Part shown: positions 46,882 to 57,815 of the stretch, piece by piece
How the letters are laid out: each line of letters opens with the position of its first letter
Numbering within the stretch: position 1 is the stretch's first letter
Program-made: the position numbers and the translations under genes
The notes under the pieces: model-generated
Seen by the model: the letters and a program-made list of their open reading frames with translations, nothing else
Told to the model about the DNA's origin: nothing
Database searches by the model: none
Assembly (NCBI GenBank): GCA_963771045.1
Contig: CAVYRW010000004.1
Location: 401,436-465,435 of the forward strand
Direction: 5' to 3'
Length of the DNA stretch: 64,000 nucleotides
Origin: Waddliaceae bacterium
GTDB lineage: Bacteria > Chlamydiota > Chlamydiia > Chlamydiales > SLFE01

Positions 46882-48451
46882 TTCTCTGGGTTGAAAATCC
46901 AAGGCCTTGAAGAAAACTTTGAACGCTTTTGGCGCCGGATGTATGTCCGGCTCCCACGCAACAGAAAATTTTTCCGTCTTCTTTAACAAGTTCTGCAATT
47001 TTTGAGGCCATATTCCGGTTGCGCTCCCACATCGTCTTTTCTTTCGGCTTTGCAGGGGAAAATTCATCAACATCTCCTCTTTCCCAGGCATCGAATTTTG
47101 GCTGTAGATCTATTTTTAGATACAAAGAAATTTGTTCGATAAGCAATTCTACGGCCTGAGAGATATCCCCGTCCTGTGGAAGTTCATTTGACAAGGCGTT
47201 GATTATTTTGTTCCCAATAGGATCCTCTGCAAGCATTTTTTGTGTCATTTTCTGTGTGAAATATTGTTCGAGTGTCTCCAATGCTTCAATGGGTTTTCCG
47301 TGTTTTGTTGCCTTTTGAATCAAATTGTAGTCCATTCCGGATAAAAGGCCGTTTTCTGCGAATATCCGAGCTCGAAGTTTTAAGAGGGATTGTTCAATAA
47401 AGACGTTCTTTTGAAAATCTATCCTTTCAGCGGCTTTGGGGAATAATTCTTTTAGATGATGATAAAGCCTATCTCTTTGTTCCGCGGGCATGTTTTTGAT
47501 CTTAGAAGTGCCATAGTTTGTCCTCTTCTGTTTTGTTACGTCGATTTCCACCGCAAGGCGTGCGGATCGTTTAAACGCTTCTCTGATACGGGAATTTAAG
47601 TGGAGCAAATAATTCGGCGTTCGATGTATCGAACCCAAAAGATAGCCGACTGTATTGTTTTCTTTCTTGATTTTCCAGAAACATCCTATCGGCTCTCGTA
47701 TGGGGCCTCTTGTTTCGATTTTGTAAAAATAACGAAGAAATAGGTTTACCTCAGAGATTGTGTCCGGACTTTCGTTAAAAATCAAAAGCGTCTTTTTTTC
47801 AGATAAAAGATACTTGTGGATCCTCTCCGCTATCGCCAGTGAATTTTCGAAATATTCAATTTTAGTGTCAAAATTCAGTTGAGGTGTTTCGATTTTTTCT
47901 GGAGAGCCTGCATCCCAAAAATTTTGGGAAAATAATGTCTTTTGATTTTGTTCAACAAGATATTCGACTTGTTTTCCATGTTCCATAGCAAATTGCTGTA
48001 TGCTTGCTTTCGGATCTGATAGAGGCTCCTTGGATTGATTTTTTAGGTCCAAATTTTTTGACAGTGCGATGAGGGTTTTGACGGCAATGGCAGTGGAGAA
48101 TTTTTTTGCGTCCCCTTCAACCCTATTGTCAATAAAAGTCAAATCTATGTCCTGACTTTTCATCCTTTTGGTTAAAGAGTCATTGATTCTCTTCAGAGCC
48201 TGCTTGTCATAGTTTTTTTCCAGGAGGCGGCAGAACGTGTCCATGGAATCTTTTTGTTCATCTTTGGGTGGAGTGTCGAAGACAACAAGCTCGGCTTCCT
48301 TTAACACAGTTTTGAAGCGGCGGTTTTTCAAAGGGTTGACCGATGATGGAGCGGTCAGGAAAAGATGGAGTATTTTTTCCTTTGAATCGGAATCAATAGG
48401 TTGCAAAGCAATTTGATAGAGATAACCGGGATTGGTAGAATTTAAAAACAT
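46841..48451 (-). CDS. TraB/GumN (Tiki-like) domain protein with long N-terminal extension
   Basis: YLLGSIH, LAVEID, GMDYNL, ALETLEQ, ERNRNMASKI, VGAGH. Confidence 0.75.
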   Translation of the reverse strand: MFLNSTNPGYLYQIALQPIDSDSKEKILHLFLTAPSSVNPLKNRRFKTVLKEAELVVFDTPPKDEQKDSMDTFCRLLEKNYDKQALKRINDSLTKRMKSQDIDLTFIDNRVEGDAKKFSTAIAVKTLIALSKNLDLKNQSKEPLSDPKASIQQFAMEHGKQVEYLVEQNQKTLFSQNFWDAGSPEKIETPQLNFDTKIEYFENSLAIAERIHKYLLSEKKTLLIFNESPDTISEVNLFLRYFYKIETRGPIREPIGCFWKIKKENNTVGYLLGSIHRTPNYLLHLNSRIREAFKRSARLAVEIDVTKQKRTNYGTSKIKNMPAEQRDRLYHHLKELFPKAAERIDFQKNVFIEQSLLKLRARIFAENGLLSGMDYNLIQKATKHGKPIEALETLEQYFTQKMTQKMLAEDPIGNKIINALSNELPQDGDISQAVELLIEQISLYLKIDLQPKFDAWERGDVDEFSPAKPKEKTMWERNRNMASKIAELVKEDGKIFCCVGAGHTSGAKSVQSFLQGLGFSTQRITETPSQSRPYPF

Positions 48452-48565
48452 AAAAATAATAATATTTATTATTGATTATACATAAATAGATAATTTTTAG
48501 CTTCAATTTTGTTAAATTGACAAAAAATAAATTGAATGATATTATATTAAAATAAGGAGTCGATT

Positions 48566-49759
48566 ATGGGCATTGATTCGTTTCATATAAGTGCTCAAAA
48601 TTATAATCAAAAGTCTGTAGATGTCAATCTAGCTAAATACGTTGATAAAGACAAATTACAAGAGCTAGTCAAGTATTTGAATTTTTCCTACAATGCTGCG
48701 ATTAGAAATGACTTCAAACCGTTTGAGGCCACCCTTTCGAATAAAAATATTCTTTATCTGATACACTGTTCCAACAATTGTCTTCAAAGTGGGCAAAATC
48801 TTTCTGAAGTTGCTGATCGTCTTTATTCTCTCACAAAAAATTTGTTTTCAAACCCCAATATCGAGGTTGATATTCAGCCTACGAAGGGGAGTAAAGCTTG
48901 GACAGCTATCTTAGCCAAAAGATATGGAGATAACATAGTGTTATCTCCTGAATTTAAAAAAAACCTATTTGAACGTATAATTCCCAAACCAGAAGTTGAT
49001 AAAAATCCTCCAATTTTTTCTATTTATGTACAATCTGATGATGAAAAGACTCAGTTTCACCGTCTCCTTGAAAAGGATCAGTTAAGCTTGAATTCACACT
49101 TGATTGCCGGAGGGGTCGATTGTGGAACATACCTGCACTTTAAAATTGTCAATGAGAGGTATGAAGAAGTGCGGTATTTATTCAGTAACTACAGCTCTCT
49201 CATTAACCTTAGCGCTGTCGATAAAGAGGGAAAAACAATTTTAATCACAGCCAATAAAGCCTGTGCACCATCGGATGTTATCAAGTTGATTCTTGCATCT
49301 AAAAATGCAGAATTGGACATAAATGCAAGAGATTCACAAGGGGCAACAGCTCTTCACTACGCTTGTTTATATGGCAGATTGGATCTTGTAAAAGAACTCA
49401 TTGATAAAGGTGCTGGTAAAAATATCGAAGACAATGAGGGGCGCACTCCGCTTGATTGGGCCAGACAAGATAGAATGTTTATCAAACATCAACTTGAAAC
49501 TATTTCGATCGACGGTGAGCGCGATGTTTATGCGGCGAAAAACTTTTTACGTCACGTGTCCTTAGGTTTCCACTATCCAATTTTGATATGCAAATCAAAC
49601 CTGGATAAAATGATCGGTACAATCGAAAAAGATCCTCAACATATAGATTATAAACACCTAAAAATGTTGAAACAACTTTGTGATAACTTACTTGGGAAAT
49701 CTCTCATTGAGCAATGTGAAGAAGGGCAAAAAGATGTTATCAATTATCTAAGATCTTGA
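48566..49759 (+). CDS. Ankyrin-repeat protein
   Basis: DKEGKTILI, INARDSQGATALHYACLYGRLDLVKELIDKGA, DNEGRTPLDWA. Confidence 0.88.
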   Translation: MGIDSFHISAQNYNQKSVDVNLAKYVDKDKLQELVKYLNFSYNAAIRNDFKPFEATLSNKNILYLIHCSNNCLQSGQNLSEVADRLYSLTKNLFSNPNIEVDIQPTKGSKAWTAILAKRYGDNIVLSPEFKKNLFERIIPKPEVDKNPPIFSIYVQSDDEKTQFHRLLEKDQLSLNSHLIAGGVDCGTYLHFKIVNERYEEVRYLFSNYSSLINLSAVDKEGKTILITANKACAPSDVIKLILASKNAELDINARDSQGATALHYACLYGRLDLVKELIDKGAGKNIEDNEGRTPLDWARQDRMFIKHQLETISIDGERDVYAAKNFLRHVSLGFHYPILICKSNLDKMIGTIEKDPQHIDYKHLKMLKQLCDNLLGKSLIEQCEEGQKDVINYLRS

Positions 49760-49796
49760 TTGCTAGCTAAGCTCGCTATCGCATAAAAACGAAGCA

Positions 49797-49837
49797 TTAA
49801 AATTGTTGGGCGAACGAGATTAGGCCACAATCACGGG
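49797..49837. repeat. Isolated half of the CCCGTGATTG MITE
   Basis: TTAAAATTGTTGGGCGAACGAGATTAGGCCACAATCACGGG matches the right IR at 9063-9104. Confidence 0.7.
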
Positions 49838-50049
49838 TCTAAATCAAAGCAATGATAAGCACCATCTGCAAATAGTTTAGAATTTGGTGGTATGTTCAAC
49901 TCAATCTCTTACATAAATATCTGGACGTCACATGGTTACAAGAAAAATATTTTGCTGATAAGATTGCAAAAGTTATCACTTCTACATGGCGTTGTTGCAT
50001 AAATCACCACTGAGACCACCGAGCTCACTGAGAGATTATGAGAGAGGAA

Positions 50050-50457
50050 TTAAATGATTAGACGCCTAATCCCATTTTTTAGAAGTTTTACATTGAAATT
50101 GATGAGCAAACCTCTGCCACCACCATTATGCTTAAGATAGGATAGAAGTTGGGCCTCATGAACAGGCAAGAAATTGGCCACAGATTTTATCTCCAAAATA
50201 ACCTTATCTTCCACTATCATATCGATCCGGTAGCCTGAGTCTAGCTTTTTATCACGATAAATAATAGGTACTGGTATCTGCCGGTTAACTTTCAAACCCG
50301 CAAGGTTCAACTCGTAGCAAAGACAAGTTTCGTATGTCGATTCAAGCAAGCCTGGACCTAATCTTCGATGAACTTCAATCGCAGCACCTATGATTTCCCC
50401 TGTTAAAAGGTCATTTCTTTTTTGGTTGGCTTCTTCAGTTGTGTGGGTACTAGTCAT
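50050..50457 (-). CDS. GxxExxY protein (PD-(D/E)XK-like)
   Basis: IIGAAIEVHRRLGPGLLESTYETCL, YRIDMIVEDKVILEIKS, AQLLSYLK, GLLINFN. Confidence 0.92.
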   Translation of the reverse strand: MTSTHTTEEANQKRNDLLTGEIIGAAIEVHRRLGPGLLESTYETCLCYELNLAGLKVNRQIPVPIIYRDKKLDSGYRIDMIVEDKVILEIKSVANFLPVHEAQLLSYLKHNGGGRGLLINFNVKLLKNGIRRLII

Positions 50458-50541
50458 CTTTTCTCCAAAAAGGGCGAATGCGAGCTTGCCGACAAATACC
50501 TAATACTCTAATTTTTAGTTGCAACAAATTGGAGGATCAAG

Positions 50542-51486
50542 ATGAAGGCAAAATATCGCATTCGCAACTGGAACGACTATAACAAATCTCTTATTCAAAG
50601 GGGAAGCATAACTGTTTGGTTTTCTGAAGATGCTATCAATAAGTGGATGGCTCCAAAAGAAATAGGAAAAAAGGGGCGTCCAAAACTCTATTCTGATGAC
50701 GCTATTCTCACCGCGCTCATTATTCGATCGGTTTTTCATCTTCCATTGAGAGCACTCGAAGGATTTTTGACATCTCTTGTTATGATTTTATCTGTTGGTT
50801 TATCGATTCCTTCTTATACTCAAATTTGTCGGAGAGCTAAGTTGTTGGGGCAAGAGTTGAAGAAACTTTCGAAAAAAAAAGTCACCAATATTGTAATCGA
50901 TTCAACCGGTTTGAAAGTGTACGGAGAGGGTGAATGGAAAGTTAGGCAGCATGGAATCAGTAAAAGGCGAACATGGAGAAAGCTCCATCTGGCAGTCTGC
51001 CCTGACTCTCACGAAATTATTTTCGAAATTCTTACTGAAAATAACGTTGCAGATTGTGAAGTGTATCCAAAACTTCTCGAGGTAATGCCGAAATCAGTTA
51101 AGCGCACATATGGAGATGGGGCTTATGATACTAAGCGATGCTATGCTGCAAATGTAGTTCACGGCTCAATTCCTATTATTCCACCCAATAGGAATGCTGT
51201 TTTTCGAGAAAACATATCTCCTTCTTGGAAGATGCGGAATATCAGTTTGCTGGAAATTTCAGGTTTAGGAGGTGATGATGATGCAAGAAAATTATGGAAA
51301 AAGTTGAAAGGTTATCATCGTCGATCACTTGCAGAAACAGCCATGTTTAGATTTAAACGATTCTTTGGAAATGATTTAAGAAGTAGAACTCTGGAAACCC
51401 AAAGGGCTGAATCAAGGGCAAAATGTGAAGCACTAAATATAATGACAAAGCTGGGAATGCCTGAAAGTGAATTAATAGCAGCTTAA
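50542..51486 (+). CDS. IS903-group transposase
   Basis: YRIRNWNDYNKSLIQRGSITVWF, IDSTGLKVYGEGEW, RRTWRKLH, GDGAYD, YHRRSLAETAMFRFK. Confidence 0.95.
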   Translation: MKAKYRIRNWNDYNKSLIQRGSITVWFSEDAINKWMAPKEIGKKGRPKLYSDDAILTALIIRSVFHLPLRALEGFLTSLVMILSVGLSIPSYTQICRRAKLLGQELKKLSKKKVTNIVIDSTGLKVYGEGEWKVRQHGISKRRTWRKLHLAVCPDSHEIIFEILTENNVADCEVYPKLLEVMPKSVKRTYGDGAYDTKRCYAANVVHGSIPIIPPNRNAVFRENISPSWKMRNISLLEISGLGGDDDARKLWKKLKGYHRRSLAETAMFRFKRFFGNDLRSRTLETQRAESRAKCEALNIMTKLGMPESELIAA

Positions 51487-51622
51487 ATCAAATCTCTCAT
51501 ATTCTCTCTGTGCGCTCTTGTGAGCTCTGTGGTTAATTACGCAACAAAGCCCTTCTACATTGGCCATTTGAGATGAAAGACCTTAAGCAATAGCTAATGG
51601 CTTTAAGATATGTATTATTATT

Positions 51623-52777
51623 TTATAAAGCGAGCCTTACAGTTCCCCGGGCTTCTTTAACCTCGGTTTCTCCATTCAAAATGATAGTGGACAGGCGGCA
51701 AACCGGCAAAAGAATTGTGATCTTTTGATCATGAAATACTCTCAGCTTAGATCTTAAGTTTTTCTTGCAGTTTGAAAAGACAGAAGAGCCTTTTTTCATG
51801 GTTTTCTCTATCGAGTATAAATCCTCGGAATCTAAATAAAAAGACACAAATTTTAGGTTTGAAAATGCTTCTTTTGCCCAATTGGCATGCTTTGACTTTA
51901 AAGGGTATTTGATATTAAAAGTAGTGATAAGAGAGGAGACCGATTTATCTAGCAAAGCGGAAAGGCGCAATGCTTCGAGTTGATCTTCTGAATTTATATA
52001 AACTTCTCTTACGATAGATTTCAGATAATTTGACAAATGAGTGTCTTCTTGCAAAACCCCTAACATATCGACTGGCAGCTTCAGCTTGCGATTCCCTGAG
52101 ATTTGGCAGGGAATCTTCAGATTATTCAAAAGATGATAACTCGCTTTAAACGTAAGGTTTTTTCGGTCCTCATCTTTCAGACCCGATAAATCTGAATGTA
52201 GGTTTTCAAACTGTTCCTTTGTCAACATTTTGCATTGTTCATTAATGATTGACATAGCCGCTAAAGAACATCCTTCATATTTGAATTCTTCAGACAGTAG
52301 GTAGACCTGGCACAAATCAAGCAGAGAAGGTTGATGTAAATGCTTCTCGGTAAACTCATTGCAATAGAGTGCATACCTAAAGATCTTCAAAGCTTGGACA
52401 CTATATTTTTTCGAGGCTTTGCTAAGATCGTCTAATCCCTGATAATGCAAAATTAAAGAATTGAAAGAGACAAAGGATCCGTCGTTGGATTGTATAGACA
52501 CATCTTTGTCAGGTTTGATTTTCTTAAAAACATCGTTTTGGCAGCAGATATCGAAAACACTTCTTGCCATATTTTCCATTGTTTCATTTTTTTGTGCTGC
52601 CGTATGAAAAATACAGAGTAGCTTCCAACTTTTTTCGGGATTATCTCTGACGAACGTATGTTCTATTTGAGATGAACAAAGAGCGGTTTTTATAATTTTC
52701 AATTTGTTAAAATGGCCATTTGCGACATCAAAATCTAATTGCTTAAGACGCTTGTCACTGATAGGGGATACATTCAT
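51623..52777 (-). CDS. Hypothetical protein with BTB/POZ-like central region
   Basis: DVSIQSNDG..FNSLIL..ALKIFRYALY..VYLLSEEF pattern; start uncertain. Confidence 0.5.
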   Translation of the reverse strand: MNVSPISDKRLKQLDFDVANGHFNKLKIIKTALCSSQIEHTFVRDNPEKSWKLLCIFHTAAQKNETMENMARSVFDICCQNDVFKKIKPDKDVSIQSNDGSFVSFNSLILHYQGLDDLSKASKKYSVQALKIFRYALYCNEFTEKHLHQPSLLDLCQVYLLSEEFKYEGCSLAAMSIINEQCKMLTKEQFENLHSDLSGLKDEDRKNLTFKASYHLLNNLKIPCQISGNRKLKLPVDMLGVLQEDTHLSNYLKSIVREVYINSEDQLEALRLSALLDKSVSSLITTFNIKYPLKSKHANWAKEAFSNLKFVSFYLDSEDLYSIEKTMKKGSSVFSNCKKNLRSKLRVFHDQKITILLPVCRLSTIILNGETEVKEARGTVRLAL

Positions 52778-53762
52778 TTTGTGCCTCCATGGCTGTTTTA
52801 AAAATTTTGAGCGAGGGATTCTCCGATAGGATTTGGGCTCTTTCTTTTTTGGAAAAGCAGTCAAAGCAACGAGTTAACCTGTAGTCATAAAGTTGGACTA
52901 GCTCTTTGACTTCATATCGCGATGCCACGTCAAACATTCTCTTTAAACAATCATGTCCGCCAAGGACAACCGTATCGCCCATTAGATATTTTATGATGAA
53001 CTCAAGCGATTCAGCATCATCATCAATAATCGCAAATTTTTCCTGGTCTGGAAAATCAGTGAAAATTTCCTTAAACCTGCCGCAGCTTCTCTGCAGGGCT
53101 TGTTTGTTGACATGAATGGGATTGTGATTGATTTTGAGAATGGCATTACGGGGAAGATGGGCTTTGAGAGAGAATATAAGACTTTTCTTCGTTTGAACTT
53201 GTTGTAAAATAGTTGGCAAATCGTTTTCCTGGATGTCGGAAAATCCCAAATTCTCAATAATTTTCTTTAATACAGGGGTGGCTGATTCAATCAGATCAGG
53301 GAAAATTTCTTCTGGAATTTTTTGAATAAAAGCTTCAAAAACTTTCGGTTCACCGAGAAATTTTGTTTGGAAATACTCAGATTGAAATTCGCTTAAAATC
53401 TTATCTTTTTTGGACTCTTCCAGATTTTCAAACTTTTTCAATAGCAGCTTTTGGTTTGGAGACAGCAAAGAATGATCGATCGAGTCTAGTGAAATCAACA
53501 GCTGAGAAAAACTTAGATTCTGAATATTCAGGCATTCTAAATAGGGGTATACATCATTGAAAATGTCCCCGCAAACAGGGGAACGGGTCTGTGGAAGGGC
53601 TCGTACAAAGCTTGCGATCTTTTTGGCGGTTTCGGCATTTTGAGTGGTGTAAACAAAAGAAGTGAGCCTTGGCCAAAAACCTGAATTCTCATTGTTTAAG
53701 AGATTCAATTTATTAGTTAGCGTTGTACGCACTTCTGAATAAGATAAATAATTTGTATTCAT
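52755..53762 (-). CDS. BTB/POZ-domain protein
   Basis: C-terminal ILKINHNPIHVNKQALQRSCGRFKEIF..DAESLEFIIKYL..MFDVASRYEVKEL. Confidence 0.72.
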   Translation of the reverse strand: MNTNYLSYSEVRTTLTNKLNLLNNENSGFWPRLTSFVYTTQNAETAKKIASFVRALPQTRSPVCGDIFNDVYPYLECLNIQNLSFSQLLISLDSIDHSLLSPNQKLLLKKFENLEESKKDKILSEFQSEYFQTKFLGEPKVFEAFIQKIPEEIFPDLIESATPVLKKIIENLGFSDIQENDLPTILQQVQTKKSLIFSLKAHLPRNAILKINHNPIHVNKQALQRSCGRFKEIFTDFPDQEKFAIIDDDAESLEFIIKYLMGDTVVLGGHDCLKRMFDVASRYEVKELVQLYDYRLTRCFDCFSKKERAQILSENPSLKIFKTAMEAQNECIPYQ

Positions 53763-53852
53763 AATGGAGGCATTGTGCTAAATTATCGGGATAAAATCAA
53801 GAAATAATAATAAATTGACTTGAACGTGGTTTTTTTGCTAAAATTCATTGCC

Positions 53853-54547
53853 ATGAAGCCTAAAGACTTAACGCTTCCTTTTCAATGGGGGGAGCAGTTT
53901 ATCACTATTCAAGATAAAATTTTTTTTACATTTGAGCCCTTTGAAAACAAGGGATCGGATTTTGTATTTCCGGGATGGTACCACCCCGAGGTTTTCGGCA
54001 ACGACAAACCTGTTAAAATCGAGTATTGCAGCGGAAACGGAAAGTGGATTATCCAGCGAGCTTCGGCGGAGCCGGGAGTGAATTGGGTCGCTGTGGAAAA
54101 AAGGCTCGTCAGGTTGAGGAAAGTATGGGCAAAGATGAAAAATCGAGGTTTAGGCAATCTGTTTTCCGTTTGTGGAGAGGCTCTGGATGCAACAAAACGG
54201 TTTCTTCCAACAGCCACAGTTGAGGAGGTGTATATTAACTTTCCGGATCCCTGGCCGAAAAAAAAACATGCCAAATATCGCCTGATTCAAACTCCGTTTC
54301 TCGATGAGCTCTCGCGGATATTAAAGATGGGAGGAGCTGTAAGTTTGGTTACCGATGATGCCGATTACTCCGGGCAAATAATTAAGGTTTTCTCCGGTCA
54401 TTCATCTTTCGAATCTTGCTATGAGGCTCCCTTTTACCGAAGCGAAAGAGAGGACTATGGTCCTCCTCTTACTTTGAGGATCTTTGGCGCAGCAAGGGAA
54501 AAGACATCCGCTACCATCTGTTTAAAAAAATCAGGTGTTTGCAATGA
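53853..54547 (+). CDS. trmB: tRNA (guanine-N7) methyltransferase, apparent frameshift near 54465
   Basis: [38 protein letters not shown]; shifted frame SYFEDLWR ends at 54547. Confidence 0.88.
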
Positions 54548-55525
54548 CTCCTATCATTTACGACGGATCATTTGCCGATCTTGCCGACGGTTTCGATACT
54601 GTTGTCATTGCTCTTGATGGCAGGACTTCATCTGATTTAATTTGGAAGCATCAAGCAGAAGAGGCCGCTTCAAAAGGGCTAGGCATTTTTTGGGAGATGG
54701 ACCTTGGGCTTTTCAACCGCCTTTCTAAACCGCTTGGCAATGAAACACAGCTAAAAACTTTATCTCTTGCTCTCGATCATTTTTATAACTCGTTTTGGCC
54801 AAATTTTGAAGAAAATAGCGTGGGAATTTGTCTTTATCGAGGGTCGATTGATTTAAGCCAAGGGTTTCCCTGGGACGACAAGCAGCAAGAGGGTTTTCAG
54901 CAGTGGCTTGAGGGGAGGGATCCCGACTCGCAATTGAGGAGGCTTTATTGCCGGGATGTCGCTTTGGAATACCTTCAGCTGCTCATTCCGAGTCTTCCGC
55001 AAACTCTTGATCCCTATCTGCTTTTCGATGCCTCGGGTATTTCAAATCCGCTTCATCTGGCTCAGCTGCTAGATAATGACCGTTTCGAGAGATTCAGGCG
55101 GGTGATCAAAGGGAGCATCGTCTTGCATCGGGAGCTTCAGTGGGGCCAAAGCTCTTTATGCGATGAAGTATCAGGGATTTTTAGGAACCGACTGCTCCCA
55201 AATCAATTTGGGAGAGCCGGCGGCAGTCGGAGTTTATCTTCCTTATACTGACTCTTATAAGGAAGAGTGTTGGGCAGATCTCGGTAATGGGCTTGAGCTT
55301 TTGCAAGAAAAGGGCATCACTTACCGTTTAGTCTCTGAGCAGCAGCTTGTTGCGGATTGGGATGGCCTCGATTATCTCATCGTTTCCGAAAAAAGCATCA
55401 CGCCTCTTGGAAAACGTAAACTCCTCGGTTTCTGTGCCGCGGGAGGAACCATTGTTACAATTTGCGGCGAGCCTGTCAATGTCCCTCATGAAACTTCATT
55501 AAGCAGCTGGCTTTCAATATTTTAA
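54544..55525 (+). CDS. Conserved hypothetical protein split by one apparent frameshift near 55160
   Basis: Overlapping ORFs 54535-55251 and 55163-55525 in an operon with trmB. Confidence 0.55.
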
Positions 55526-55597
55526 GTAATGTATTGTCTTTTGGCTCCGCATGCTTCATCATAGAAGTATGGGGATAAAAAAAAGCAAGGAGGCCAT

Positions 55598-57216
55598 ATG
55601 GCACAGACAGTTACCACTACAGGGAGTCAACTTGCCTTCACGAATTACCAAGCTTCAGAAAAACTTCGTTCATTAGCTCAAAATGCTTTAGATCTCACAA
55701 AAGAGGGCGTTTTAACTCCAGAAAGAATTGGAAAATATGTTCAAAGGGCATGCGGACTTAAGCTTCTGTATGCGACTGACCGAGTCACTGACGAGGTGAT
55801 CAAAAGTTTAGCCGATCTGGCGAAAGAATCAGGCGCTGTGGAAAAAATGAAATCCATGCAGGCGGGACAGATAGTCAATAAGATTGAAGGGTTTCCAAGC
55901 GAAGAGCGGTCGGCGCTCCACACAGCCATGAGGGATTTTTTCGATCACCCTCAATCGGCAAAAATCGCCAAGAGAAGCCACAGAACTGGAAAGGGTTGAA
56001 ATTGACAAGCTCAAAGGGTTCTTAGCGAAAATCGACCCGGAGGGCAAATTTACCGATTTGATCATGATTGGCATCGGCGGCTCTAACCTTGGGCCGGAAG
56101 CGGCCTTCCGCGCGCTTAGTTATCTGAAGAAACCCGGCCGAAACGTCTACTTTATCGCCAATGTCGATCCCGACGAAACCGCCAGGGTTTTGCAGAATGT
56201 CGATCTGAATAAAACGCTGGTTCTTGTCGTCTCAAAATCCGGTGGAACACTGGAAACAAAAACGAACTACGAGTTTATGGCCCGCAAGTATGAGCAGGCG
56301 GGATTGAATCCCAAAGATTTCTTTGTTTCGATTACCGGAAAGGGAAGCCAGCTCGACGACAAAAAGAAATTTCTCGAATGTTTTTACAGCTGGGACTTTA
56401 TCGGCGGCCGTTACAGCACAAGTGCGATGTATGGGGCTGTCGTTCTTTCTTTTGCCCTTGGTTTCGACCATTTTTGGGAATTTCTGCGCGGAGCTCATGA
56501 GATGGACCGCGTGGCCCTTGAGCCGGATATTGATAAAAACCTTCCGCTCAAGCTGGCATTGCTCGGCATTTGGAATCATAACTTTTTGGGATGCCATACT
56601 CTGGCGATGATTCCCTATAGCAGCGCACTGCATCGCTTTCCTGCGCATATCCAGCAGCTGGAGATGGAATCAAACGGCAAGCATATCGACCGCCACGGCT
56701 TAAGAGTTGATTTTGAAACGGGCCAGATTATATGGGGCGAGCCCGGCAACAATGCCCAGCACTCATTCTACCAGCTCATCCACCAGGGAACGCCGATCAT
56801 TCCTTTGGAATTTATCAGCTTCAAGGAATGCTCAGTTTGGCGACGATATGGTGATAAACGGGACGACAAACCAGGAAAAATTGCTGGCTAACATGTTTGC
56901 TCAGGCCATCGCTCTTGCGACCGGAAAAAGAGACGACAACCCGAACAAACAGTTTGAGGGAAACCGTCCCTCAAGAATCATCCTGGGGGAAAAGCTCACT
57001 CCTTATGCTTTGGGAACGCTCTTTTCGCTCTATGAGAACTGCGTGGCCTTTCAGGGTTTTATCTGGGATATCAACTCCTTTGACCAGGAGGGGGTGCAGC
57101 TCGGAAAGGTTCTGGCAGGACGTGTGGTCAAGAGCTTTGAGGGCTTCCGCTCTACAGGCAAGGAGTCGGGAGAGTATCCTTTGGGCGATGCTTATCTGAA
57201 TCAGTTAGATTTCTAG
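55598..57216 (+). CDS. pgi: Glucose-6-phosphate isomerase, two apparent frameshifts (~55968, ~56830)
   Basis: ERSALHTAMR, IGIGGSNLGP, VVSKSGGTLET, GGRYS, QQLEMESNGK, QHSFYQLIHQG, INSFDQEGVQLGK. Confidence 0.93.
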
Positions 57217-57248
57217 ACAAAGTAGAGGGTTTCTTGTAAACTATTGCT

Positions 57249-57815
57249 ATGGCAAGAAACCCTCTTCATAAACCCACAATCCCAAGGCGGAGCCGCCTTT
57301 GCAGCCGGACCAAGGAAAAGTTTGAACCCGGCTCCGAATATATTTCCTTAATTTTGGAAGGGGAGGACGAAGGGGAGTATATCCGCGAGGATATCCTTCT
57401 CAAACATTGGGAAAAGCACCCCGGAAAATGACCTGGTGAAACAAGCCAAAAGTTCGTGGAAGGCAAAAATTCCTTTAAAGCCCGAAGGGCCGAAAGAACA
57501 GGAAGAACTGCTCGACCGAGCATATGAACTGTTCATAGAACATCATGAAAAACAGGATCCCGAAGATTTGCTCAAGGCATTCATTCTGGCGCTTTTTTTA
57601 CAGAGAAAAAAAGTATTTATTTTCCGCCAGGAAATGCTGCATCACGACAAGCCCGCTTACGTTTTCGAGGCGGCGGGTTCTGAAGACATATATTGCGTTC
57701 CCGTAGTCAAACCCACCGAAGAACAAATGAAATCTTTGCAAGATGAATTCAGTCATGAAATCGGCATCGTGTCCAATTGCGGAAAAGAAGTGATCAAACC
57801 CGAAGTGCTAGGTGA
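57249..57815 (+). CDS. Hypothetical protein, apparent frameshift near 57428
   Basis: ORFs 57249-57431 and 57436 onward join into one reading frame; 3' end inferred. Confidence 0.5.

Larger units (their letters stand above)
49988..51551. mobile_element. IS5-family (IS903 group) element with GxxExxY passenger gene
   Basis: ~58-bp imperfect IRs starting GGC(G/T)TTGTTGC; 9-bp duplication CTTCTACAT (49979-49987, 51552-51560). Confidence 0.9.

Noticed and set aside
50515-50530. GTTGCAACAAA as an internal IS903 left end
   Set aside because: Oriented like a right end, only ~10 bp match, and no associated target duplication
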